This document shows positions 23,093 through 40,174 of a stretch of DNA of 64,000 bases, piece by piece. The notes beneath the pieces are model-generated. The model was not told where the DNA came from. It did not search any database and saw only the letters and a list, made by a program, of their open reading frames with translations. The stretch is from the human T2T-CHM13v2.0 reference genome, Homo sapiens. A program made the position numbers and the translations under genes. Each line of letters begins with the position of its first letter. Positions within the stretch are counted from its first letter, which is position 1. The DNA is taken from NCBI RefSeq assembly GCF_009914755.1, contig NC_060938.1. One strand, given 5' to 3'.

Positions 23093-23223
23093 TATTACTT
23101 TTTTAAAAATAGAGGTGAGGTCTTCTATGTTGCCCCGGCTGGTCATGAACTCCTGGGCTCAAGCAATCCTGTCACCTCAGCCTCCTAAAAGTGTTGGGAT
23201 TACAGGCATGAGCCACCATGCCC
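23093..23223 (-). mobile_element. Alu monomer (FLAM-like)
   Basis: Reverse left-arm motifs. Confidence 0.85.
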
Positions 23224-24018
23224 ATCCCATTCACTTACGTTTACTACATTTAATAAACATTTTTTGAGCTTCTATAATGTGCCAGGTCTGAATACGACGT
23301 TTTCAGAGGGGAACCAGACAAGGGCCCTGTCCCCGACAGAGCTTCCATTCCAGAAGGGGAGAAAGCCAAAATGCCAAACTAAAAATCTGCCCAAGGATCT
23401 TTGTTCACCACTACTACATTCTACCCAAACAAGGAATGAAACTTGCTTTCTCATTGTTAAAAGTGTTGCTTACGAAATGTTTACCACCACCCTCTCAACC
23501 CAAGTTAACAAGTTTCCCACCTGTTGAGATGTCTGCATTTCATTCTTGGGCTATCTGGAGCTTTGCTGAATCCACAAAGGGCTTCACTGGACCCACAAAC
23601 GGTCATTAGACCACACTTTTATTTTGGCACATCTCTCCCCACCTTCTTTCCCACACCAACATGAGTAATTCTCTGCTTTCTTTGGCTACCCTTTATCCTT
23701 CTGCTGGTCTCAGCAACATTGGATTAAAAAAACATTCATGCTGTCTATCTGTGGCAAAGAAATATTCCCACCTCTCCCACTGCCACCCATAGTAACAGAG
23801 AAAGGAGGCGAGAGGTAATAAAAGTGTGTCACCTGCTCTTAAGCTTGGTGCCTAACTCTCCTTAAAGCCACCACGCAAATTTCTAGAGGGATGTTGATCT
23901 CATTCAGGCTCTTATCCCACACCCTTGCTTAGCTTCATTGCTACAAAAGCAGGCCCTGCTTCCACAAAGCAATGAAGGGAATCATTGCTTCTGTAGCATT
24001 CTTGCCAAAAATATATAA

Positions 24019-24320
<302 letters not shown>

Positions 24321-24384
24321 TTAATTTAATCATGAGAAAACATTTCACAAATCCAAATTGAGAGACTGTCTACAAAATACCTGA

Positions 24385-24929
<545 letters not shown>

Positions 24930-27269
24930 TAAGGTGAGTGAAGTTGGATGAAGGGTAGACAGGAACTTTCTGAACTATTGTTGCAACTTTTCTGTAATTC
25001 TAAAACTATTTAGGAATAAAAGAGGGTTTTTGTTTTTTGGTTTTTGTTTTTTTTTTTTTTTTAGTTTTAAAAGCAAGGCACTCCTTTTCCCCCTTTACTC
25101 CTTGTCATTCTTTGTTAACTACTGCTTTAGGCCTCAAGACAAACAATAGATAGGACAGTGGTCTTTATGACTTGGGTGCACCAATGATCAAAGAGACACA
25201 ATCCCTAAGGCCAAAGGCCACAGGCCTGCCACCAGCCTAGTCGTTAGGGTAGGTAGCTCTCGACCCTGGGCCTGAGCCTCTTCCTAGTAGCTGTCTAGGT
25301 GGACCTGGGTGAGAACTGGGCAGCCCCAGGGAGCCTGAAGCTCTGTTTTCAGCACCTTGGGAGGCTCCGGAGAGGCCGATGGGATTAAATTCCCCTCAAA
25401 GCCACTGGGCTCACACCCAGCTTGAAGACAGCAGGATCTCGTCGGGGATTATTCTTCCAGTCCGGGTTTCTCTCTTCAGGCAGCCACTACGGAGAAGAGG
25501 GAGTGGAGGCGAAGCACCCTTAATACCCTCATTCTTTCAAAAGATGAGTCAGGTTTTTGTAGCTTCATTAGCATTTGCAGATAAAAATACATTTTAAGTG
25601 GCATTATGCTAAGTAATTATTCTTAGAAGATGTGAAATTAAACACATTTTACTCAGCATGAAATTATTCCTGCCACGTACTGAGTTTTGTGACAGCTTGA
25701 GAGTTTGGACAGTGGGTTGCAAGAAGGGGAGAAGCAATCTATGTACTTAAAAAAAAAACCCAAAATATTTTACCAAAGGTAAGTCCTTGTAGCGAAATGA
25801 TTTGGCTGGATGGAATATTAAACCTGCTACTATAAATTTCACGCCTTGCATTCCTAAAGCAGATGCAGAGTGATGATGCCAAAAATTAATTGGAAATAAT
25901 GCGACTTGCCTTGTGTACTCTATCCAGTAGAGGGCATAGCAGATAAGCATTGTGTGTGTTGGTGACTTAGCAACTGATAAGGCTTGTTTGTAATTGCTTC
26001 TGTAAAGATATGTAGCAGCATGCTTGGATGCTTATTTACATTTAGGAATGTGGTTCGGAATAGGAGGTGTAGATTTATAACTTTGGTTTTGTCTGTCAAT
26101 ACGTGGGAGACTTTTGGTTGTTGCAAGCATTATATTTACCAATGCGCAATGTTAAATTGCTGGATTTAATTGTTACAGTACAGTGAATTATTCTATTATT
26201 TCTTACTTTTTTATCCCAAGGAAAATTCAAACTTTCCAGGCTTAAGGGCAGGATAAAATGGCTCTGAGCATGTCAACGTCTCAAGAGCACATTATTTTCT
26301 TATTGGATTGTATTAACTTTACAGATGGAAATTTGAAGGAGAATTAGAAGGCTTAGAGATGGGGAATTTGGAGAAGAAAAGAATAATGTCCTAAGATTTC
26401 TGGAGGGGCTAACTGGTAAGTCATTTTGAAAGCTGCTGATGCTAATTCTCATAGCAAAAGACATAGCAGATCCTAAAATTATCAGGAATGAGGCATGAGG
26501 CACAGAATTGCTAAGAAGGAAGTGAATCTTGTGTCACACTAAGAATTGCCAAAGGATTATTCAGGTTCTGTCTCTGTCTCGCTCTCTCTTCTCTACCTGT
26601 TACAATTGGCACAGATTTTTCTTATGTAAACTCTTAATAGTGCACCTGTCCACAAGCTGGGTGAAGGGTGTTTGGCAGTTCCACTTAGTTTAAAAACCAA
26701 ACACAGTCTCCTGCCTCAAATACACACATTTGTTCTGAAGGGACAGCAACATGACATATGTAAACAAACATTCATCCATAGGCACTCTGGTTTGCAGCTG
26801 AAGGAAAAGCTGGAGGCGGGAGTGGGGACACAACATAATAAAACCAAACAGACAACCATGCTAAAGAAAAAGGCACCAGCCTCCCTCCCACTACTGCCCA
26901 GGTGTCAGGTGGCTGCAGGGGGCAACCACAGACTGTCCTGTCCACGCTGGAGGATCCAACCCTGGGCCAGGTACCAGCCTAGTGGGTCTGGAATCCTGGT
27001 GGTCGCCACCCCTCCTCCTCCTAGACTCTGCCTCTCCTCTGGAATTCTTCCCCACAATTGTGGATGCTTCCATAGGATCTGAGGTGAGAGGCGTGGGAAA
27101 ATGAAAAAGGGGAGAAACCACAAAGCCTGCTTCTGGGTAGGGAACCAGGAATGCCCTCGGTGGTGGAGCAGGAGACTTGCTTTTCACTCTGTGCCCTTGT
27201 TAGCTCTGAATTTTGTACCATGAGCAAGTGTTACCCAATCTTAAAATGGATAGACAGACAGGTAGTTGG

Positions 27270-27385
27270 TGAAAGAAAGAAAAAGCAAGAAAGAAGGAAG
27301 GAAGGGAGGGAAGGAGGAAAGGAGGGAGGGAGGGAGGGAGGGAGGGAAAGAGGGAAGGGAGGAAGGGAGGGAAGGAAGGAATTAA
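27270..27385 (+). repeat. Polypurine (GGAA/GGGA)n simple repeat
   Basis: ~115 nt almost entirely G/A. Confidence 0.95.
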
Positions 27386-28632
27386 AAAAGGGAAAATTGT
27401 AGTGAAACAGGACCTGGCCTAAAGGAATGACTAGCCAATTCCTAGACTTGTTCTCATGGTCAGCCTCTCCCTGCCATGTGAGTGAGTTTCCCCTCTTGTC
27501 ATAGAGGAATAATTGTCCTTTCTCACAGGCATATGTTCTATTGCAGATTTTGTTATCTTTTCTCCTTTGAAACTTGAGTTTGTTGTTTATATGACACTGT
27601 TACTTTACAAATGGCCTTCTCCCGTCCACACATGTGTATGTGGGGGTGGAGTGGGAGTCCTTACTCCTGTGAGAAGGGGGAGAAAGAGGCAGAGAATGGA
27701 GAGAGGCTATTCATCATTAGAAAGGTTGTGACAGAAGAATTAGACCTTCGGGATTATAAGTTTAGGTCTCAGGGTGAGTTCAAGTTTAGTGTGAAAGTTA
27801 GGGCCCCCAGAGGTCTGCCTTTCATTCACTCCTCAAAATCTGATTGCTGTTACTGCCACAGAAAGTTGTACATGCATCCCAAGTGGCAAGAGCCATGATT
27901 TGGCTTCTACATAGCTGCAGCTATCAAGAGAAAGTCTAAATCTTGTCTGTCTTCTCAGATAGCTACTTTTCTTGTCTAAACATCTTTCCGCCAGAAGCTA
28001 TATTTAATATTGCAAACAACTACTCCCGTGGTATATAGGTCATGGATTTATTGCCAAGAACAGGATCCATTCCACCTAGTTTAAGCATTAAATGGCTGAC
28101 AGAATTATGAGGAGGGTGAAGAGACAGGCTCTAGGTTTAACCTTCCCAAAGATGACTCTCAAAACTTCTCTGCAGAGCCCGGCCACCAACAGAACTGCGG
28201 CCTTTCGCAACCAGGAAGCTCCCTAACAAGATGGGAAGCTACTGCTTTTGTCCCAAACTCCAGAACCATGACACCCCTGCTATATCTCAGAAGCCACCGT
28301 GGTCAGGAAGTTACTGCAACTGCTACAACCAGAACCACCCCTGTGCCCACTAGAATCCACACAAATTAAATGGCTTCCCCAACACTGCCTTTCAACACAC
28401 ACACAAAGCTACTGATTAGACACAGGGAAACTATCTCCGACTAGGCTTGCCCGCAAAAACAATAGAAAATGTAGGCTGTGTCTCACTGCCACCTTCTGAA
28501 TCCCACATGAGTGTATCTGAATGGCCGAACTACGCTCACATCCAGAACCCTCAGTGCAAGGGCATTTGGGAAGCACAGTTTTAATTGTCCAGCCTCTGCA
28601 GTACACAAAACATTCTAGAAGGCAGTTGCATT

Positions 28633-28924
28633 GGCCGGGCACCCTGGCTACGCCTGTAATCCCAGCACTTTGGGAGGCCAACGCGGGCGGATCAGCTGAG
28701 GTTGGGAGTTCGAGACCAGCCTGACCAAGATGGAGAAACCCCCGTCTCTACTAAAAATACAAAATTAGCCAGGCGTGGTGGCACATGCCTGTAATCCCAG
28801 CTACTCAGGAAGACTGAGGCAGGAGAATCGCTTGAACCCAGGAGGCGGAGGTTGGGGTGAGCCAAGATCGCGCTGTTGCCCACCAGTCTGAGCAACAAGA
28901 GCAAAACTCTGTCTCAAAAAAAAA
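28633..28924 (+). mobile_element. AluSp-like
   Basis: Full dimer; TSD GCAGTTGCATT on both sides. Confidence 0.94.
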
Positions 28925-29170
28925 GCAGTTGCATTAAATGTTGAGCATCGATACACTGTATTTGTCACTCTTTAACAATTACAGAAATGAAAACATGGGT
29001 TTTATTTTGAAAAAGCATATTTACAAACTGTACACAAGAGTAAATTTTTTTTAACCAAAAACAAATGCACATTCAGAAGTGGGTAAATTAGTAATGCAGG
29101 AATTTTCAACAAGGGTTTATGGGTACTGAGATCAACCCAAAATAATGAGGGTTAAGAATTATATATTTCT

Positions 29171-29274
29171 GGCCGGGCATGGTGGCTCAAGCCTGTAATC
29201 TCAGCACTTTGGGAGGCTGAGGCAGCAGGAAGATCATCTGAGATCAGGAGTTTGAGACCAGCCTGGCCAACATG
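29171..29274 (+). mobile_element. 3'-truncated Alu left arm
   Basis: Alu start; ends abruptly after GCCAACATG. Confidence 0.88.
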
Positions 29275-30554
29275 TATCTATTTATGTGACATCCAAAGCA
29301 CACTAATCAGTACATTGATTAGAACATGAGGAAGAGCAAAAGATAGCCAGTTTTACCCAATAATGACATGAAAGCTAGGTGAAGACTTCTCTGAAGACTA
29401 GAACTGAGAAGGGAAACTATTATTTCATCAATAGAATGGGTTAAAGATGCAGCGTGATCTTGCCAGTCTGCAGGAATTGGATCTGCATGCATGAGCAGTT
29501 GGAATCAGCATACTTCCAAAAAGATCAGAAGGCCTTCGTGTAGAAAAGTAATGCAAAACAGAAACCACAACATCTTCTGTTCTTTTTCGTCATTTGAGAA
29601 GCCATTCTAGGACTACTTGGGTGTGAGTGGAAGCACATCCTTGGGACACTGCCCAAAGGCAGAGTAGGAAGTATGAGAACTGGGACAGTTATTTGTGCTA
29701 CAAGAAAAGAGCAGCTTACAATAACAATTTCTGGGAATTCAAAATCAAATGACCGGGGAGACTCCAAGACACACTCTTCCAAGGCTCTCAGAAGCTGGAT
29801 GAGCACTTATAAAGAAAAGCATTCCCTATGACCAAAACACAGAGATCACTGATTACAACAGAGACAGGGGGTGCAAAGGAGCAGAAAGACACGGCAGAAA
29901 TTATCCTGCGGGGAACCCTCCCAAAGCCTCATGTAGTTCGTGATGGAAGTCAGAAGTCCAACTGAGAAGCAGAGCATGAAACAGGGGTCTGGGTCCTGGT
30001 GGCGGTGCAGAGTGCAGTTCCCTGATGTCCCCCCGCATCAAGGTCAATCCCGTTGTGCCTCGAGGGGAAGCAGAACCAATTGTTTGAAAGCTTTGAGTTA
30101 CTTATGACTTTCAGCATAGACATGAACTGTTTTAATATTTTCATTTATTTACGTATTTCACATTTTTAAAAAGTATCTGGCATGTGTCAAGTAATATGAA
30201 AAACAGGAAACTTTAAGGGGTTTATACTTTTATGAGGACCTAAGATAGGTAAAGGAGCAATTGCATTATAAGGTGTACTTGCTCTTATAAGGGAAACATA
30301 GAGGGTTGTACGGGAAACCTATCTAGACTCAGAGTGGAGGATGTCAAAGAAAGCTGGCTGGCAGAGCGGACTAACTGAGCTGCAGGGAGGAGGAGAGTTA
30401 GCAGGAGAGGGCAGATGACTGGGGAGTGCTAGAGTAGGAGGGGAAAGAGGATTCGGGAACAGGGATGAGCAAGTGCAAAGCCTTGAAGATGAGAGAGGAC
30501 AGCACGTTCAAGGAATTTATAAAGTAATTCTGAGTGGTTGAAATGCAGAATTTA

Positions 30555-31000
<446 letters not shown>

Positions 31001-31772
31001 CTAGGGGAAGGACTTTAAGCTGGAGAGTGATACCACGTAAACTTTGAATGACCGTGGTGACAGCAATGTGGAGAATAGACCGGGTTGGGGTGGGGGTGGG
31101 GCACGATGGGAAGAAAAGAACCCAGTCAGAGGTGGTTGCACTTACACGGGGTGATGATGTGGCCTGAACTAGGTCGATAACAGTGGGGAGAAAGAAAAAT
31201 GAACATATTCTAGAAACCAAACCCTGAACAGACTCTTAACACTGCCCGGCCATCCTGGCAAGCATGACTTCTCACTCTCCAAGACAAACATCCCAAGCTT
31301 TCTTCTCTCCACACTTCAGCTCCCACTCCTCCACCTCTTAGCTATCTAATGTAGTTGAGAAAATAGAAGCCTTTAGAGAGGATTTCCCTTTTCCCTTATA
31401 TCATACCTGTCTGCTTCTGTGTCTATCTTCCCCTCTTCCGCTCCTGAACCACCGCCTTCTCAAGGACTCTCTCTGTTCCTTCAGTTCTCTCCTCTTCTGT
31501 ATCCTTTCGTCGCTCTCCCTCTCTCTCTCTTTCTCCATATCACACACCCTGGTGTTCTCCATCTGGAGAGACGCTTTTCCTTACACTTCAGCCATTTCCT
31601 ATTATACCCTATTAAGCCTTCATACCCTGGGGCTGCCTCTTTCCCAGCTCACCTGGGTTCATTCTACTCCTTGCGCCTACACTTCAGCCACACTGGCTCC
31701 AAACACTCCAAGCCTTTTCACCTGAGGGCCTGTGTAAAAACTGCCCTGTATGCCTGTAAAAGAGTGTTCCTT

Positions 31773-32671
31773 TGTACTAGGTTGAGTAGTATCTCCCCAA
31801 AATTCTGGCCTTATTTGAAAATAGTGATTGACAGTGATATAGTGACAGTGATACAGTGACAGATCACTATTTAAAATAGTGATTTGAAAATACAGATTGA
31901 CATCTATAGATGTCAATTTGTTAAGGTGAAATCACACTGGATTAGGGTGAACCCTAAATCCAATGACTAGTATCCTTGTAAGAGGAGAGGACACACAGAG
32001 ATAGAGACATGGAGGGAATGTGACCATGTGGAGGTGGAAACTGGAGTGATGTGTCCATAGGCCAAGGAATGACAAGAAGAGTCAGTTTTGATTGAGGAGA
32101 AAGGAAAAAAAAAATGGTTAGGCAGACAGGGTGGCTCTTCGGTTGAATCCTTTCAAACAAAAGAACAGCCGGCAGGGACAGATAAGGGAATTTGCACAGG
32201 AGGGCTTACCTGAGACATGCCACAGCCATATAGATAAGAAAGCCTGCACAGGTGACTTGCCCAGACATGCCCGCAATGGAAAATTCCATTCCCTGACACA
32301 TGTGCAGTAAGGGGAACAAAGCAATATGGAATAACTCAAGCTAAGGGCCCACACGCGCATTAGGAAGATGGGGTGGAGCTATCAGAAATTTGTGCCTTAG
32401 GCAGATGAGACACCCGGCCCTCATTGATTTCCTATAAAAGCCTTTGTACGCAATTGTGAAAATGGCAGCCCTCTTCTGGGTACCCTCTCTGCAGCAGAGA
32501 GCTTCTTTCCCTTATTAAACTTTTGCTCCAACCTCACCCATTGTGTCCACCGTCCTGAGACAAAGAACTCTGGATGATACCTTATAATGAGAAACTGCTA
32601 CATTGTGGTACATTGGTGAGACTGTAACAGTTGGAGGGAATTTGTTACTGCAGCCCTAGGAAATTAATACA
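31773..32671 (+). mobile_element. MaLR LTR (MLT1B-like) split by an ERV1 solo LTR
   Basis: CCCCAAAATTC start; GGATTAGGGTGAACCCTAAATCCAATGAC; end TTTGTTACTGCAGCCCTAGGAAATTAATACA. Confidence 0.75.
32090..32629 (+). mobile_element. ERV1-class solo LTR (MER4-group-like; subfamily not assigned)
   Basis: TATAAAA box ~32433, ATTAAA polyA signal ~32514, ends TGTAACA; interrupts the MLT1. Confidence 0.7.
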
Positions 32672-33548
32672 TCATTCTTCACCCATGACTCATCCCTTCT
32701 CAGGCATCTCTTCCTAAGGAGGTCCTTCCCTGGCCAGCTTACCTAAGAGTATTGCTATTTTTCTCCTTTGTTAAAACTAGTTTATTTTCTTTATAGCCCT
32801 TAGCATGAGTGGAAGTCATACAGGTATAGTTTCATTTTTAGTTTTGTTATCTGTTTCACACGCTAAACTGTAAGCTCCCAGAGGGCAGACACCATTATCT
32901 ACCTTTCTAGTACTGGCCTGAAACATGGTCAGTATCCAGTAAATGTTTGACAAACTAGTGAAATAGTGAATGAATGAATGAATGAATGAATGGGATATTG
33001 AGAAGCTAGAGTGGATAGGACTTGTGACTGCTTTGATGTGAGGGGAAGGGGCTGCAGGGGCAGAAATTCCAGGTTCTGGCTTCAGTCCTTGGTGGATTTG
33101 GGTGTCCTGAGCACAAGAGGAAGAGCAAGTTTAGAAGAAGGATAATGAGCTCAGTGTTGGAGTTTTGAGTCTCAGGTGCCCATGGGGCATTAAAAATAGA
33201 TGTCCAGTAGCTGGTATCCCTGTTCCTGCCTTTCTCTGCTCTCACTCCTACCCCCTCCTCAGTCTATCTGCAACACAATAGCCAGAAGGAGCCTTTAGAA
33301 ATACAAGCAGATGGGGGGAGGAGCCAAGATGGCCGAATAGGAACAGCTCTGGTCTACAGCTCCCAGCGTGAGCGACGCAGAAGACGGGTGATTTCTGCAT
33401 TTCCATCTGAGGTACCGGGTTCATCTCACTAGGGAGTGCCAGACAGTGGGCGCAGGCCAGTGGGTGTGCGCACCGTGCGTGAGCCGAAGCAGGGCGAGGC
33501 ATTGCCTCACCTGGGAAGCGCAAGGGGTCAGGGAGTTCCCTTTCCGAG

Positions 33549-33764
33549 TCAAAGAAAGGGGTGACGGACGCACCTGGAAAATCGGGTCACTCCCACCCGA
33601 ATACTGCGCTTTTCAGACCGGCTTAAAAAACGGCGCACCACGAGACTATATCCCACACCTGGCTCGGAGGGTCCTACGCCCACGGAATCTCGCTGATTGC
33701 TAGCACAGCAGTCTGAGATCAAACTGCAAGGCGGCAGCGAGGCTGGGGGAGGGGCGCCCGCCAT
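33549..33764 (-). CDS. L1 ORF0 (71 aa, antisense in 5' UTR), intact
   Basis: MAGAPPPASLPPCSLISDCCASNQRDSVGVGPSEPGVGYSLVVRRFLS...RCVRHPFL* matches primate ORF0. Confidence 0.88.
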   Translation of the reverse strand: MAGAPPPASLPPCSLISDCCASNQRDSVGVGPSEPGVGYSLVVRRFLSRSEKRSIRVGVTRFSRCVRHPFL

Positions 33765-34219
33765 TGCCCAGGCTTGCTTAGGTAAACAAAGCAGCCGGGA
33801 AGCTCGAACTGGGTGGAGCCCACCACAGCTCAAGGAGGCCTGCCTGCCTCTGTAGGCTCCACCTCTGGGGGCAGGGCACAGACAAACAAAAAGACAGCAG
33901 TAACCTCTGCAGACTTAAATGTCCCTGTCTGACAGCTTTGAAGAGAGCAGTGGTTCTCCCAGCACGCAGCTGGAGATCTGAGAACGGGCAGACTACCTCC
34001 TCAAGTGGGTCCCTGACCCCTGACCCCCGAGCAGCCTAACTGGGAGGCACCCCCCAGCAGGGGCACACTGACACCTCACACGGCAGGGTATTCCAACAGA
34101 CCTGCAGCTGAGGGTCCTGTCTGTTAGAAGGAAAACTAACAAACAGAAAGGACATCCACACCGAAAACCCATCTGTACATCACCATCATCAAAGACCAAA
34201 AGTAGATAAAACCACAAAG

Positions 34220-35236
34220 ATGGGGAAAAAACAGAACAGAAAAACTGGAAACTCTAAAACGCAGAGCGCCTCTCCTCCTCCAAAGGAACGCAGTTCCTCA
34301 CCAGCAACGGAACAAAGCTGGATGGAGAATGACTTTGACGAGCTGAGAGAAGAAGGTTTCAGACGATCAAATTACTCTGAGCTACGGGAGGACATTGAAA
34401 CCAAAGGCAAAGAAGTTGAAAACTTTGAAAAAAATTTAGAAGAATGTATAACTAGAATAACCAATACAGAGAAGTGCTTAAAGGAGCTGATGGAGCTGAA
34501 AACCAAGGCTCGAGAACTACGTGAAGAATGCAGAAGCCTCAGGAGCCGATGCGATCAACTGGAAGAAAGGGTATCAGCAATGGAAGATGAAATGAATGAA
34601 ATGAAGCGAGAAGGGAAGTTTAGAGAAAAAAGAATAAAAAGAAATGAGCAAAGCCTCCAAGAAATATGGGACTATGTGAAAAGACCAAATCTACGTCTGA
34701 TTGGTGTACCTGAAAGTGATGCGGAGAATGAAACCAAGTTGGAAAACACTCTGCAGGATATTATCCAGGAGAACTTCCCCAATCTAGCAAGGCAGGCCAA
34801 CGTTCAGATTCAGGAAATACAGAGAACGCCACAAAGATACTCCTCAAGAAGAGCAACTCCAAGACACATAATTGTCAGATTCACCAAAGTTGAAATGAAG
34901 GAAAAAATGTTAAGGGCAGCCAGAGAGAAAGGTCGGGTTACCCTCAAAGGGAAGCCCATCAGACTAACAGCGGATCTCTCGGCAGAAACCCTACAAGCCA
35001 GAAGAGAGTGGGGGCCAATATTCAACATTCTTAAAGAAAAGAATTTTCAACCCAGAATTTCATATCCAGCCAAACTAAGCTTCATAAGTGAAGGAGAAAT
35101 AAAATACTTTACAGATAAGCAAATGCTGAGAGATTTTGTCACCACCAGACCTGCCCTAAAAGAGCTCCTGAAGGAAGCGCTAAACATGGAAAGGAACAAC
35201 CGGTACCAGCCGCTGCAAAATCATGCCAAAATGTAA
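34220..35236 (+). CDS. L1 ORF1p, intact 338 aa
   Basis: Full length; REKG, ARR and YPAKLS motifs present. Confidence 0.97.
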   Translation: MGKKQNRKTGNSKTQSASPPPKERSSSPATEQSWMENDFDELREEGFRRSNYSELREDIETKGKEVENFEKNLEECITRITNTEKCLKELMELKTKARELREECRSLRSRCDQLEERVSAMEDEMNEMKREGKFREKRIKRNEQSLQEIWDYVKRPNLRLIGVPESDAENETKLENTLQDIIQENFPNLARQANVQIQEIQRTPQRYSSRRATPRHIIVRFTKVEMKEKMLRAAREKGRVTLKGKPIRLTADLSAETLQARREWGPIFNILKEKNFQPRISYPAKLSFISEGEIKYFTDKQMLRDFVTTRPALKELLKEALNMERNNRYQPLQNHAKM

Positions 35237-35272
35237 AGACCATCGAGACTAGGAAGAAACTGCATCAACTAA

Positions 35273-39125
<3,853 letters not shown>

Positions 39126-39748
39126 ACAATGAGATCACATGGTCACAGGAAGGGGAATATCACACTCTGGGGACTGTGGTGGGGTGGGGGGAGGGGGGAG
39201 GGATAGCATTGGGAGATATACCTAATGCTAGATGACGAGTTAGTGGGTGCAGTGCACCAGCATGGCACATGTATACATATGTAACTAACCTGCACAATGT
39301 GCACATGTACCCTAAAACTTAAAGTATAATTAAAAAAAAAAAAAAAAGAAATACAAGCAGATGACATCGCCCTCTGCTCATCATCCTCTGATAGTGCTAA
39401 CATCTTATTTATTTATTGTCTGACCTCCCCTATTCTAGTGACCTCTATGCTTCATGAGGATGGGATTTTTGTCTGTTTTGTTCACTGCTTGTACATCCAG
39501 CACCTACAACAAGTGTCTGGTACACAGGAGTGGTCAGCAAAATATTTGTGTAATAGATAGATGATACTCCAGTAGGAATCTGGATTATGGGTCTGGCACT
39601 CAGTAGTGAGTTCTGGTCTAGAGATGAGGACTGGAGGCCACCAACAGATAGATGGTACATGAAACCCTTGCAGTGGATGTGACCTCCCATGGGAAGGACA
39701 TAGAGTAGGAATAAATAAGGGGCAAGGAAAGGGCCCTGAGAAACATCA

Positions 39749-40174
<426 letters not shown>

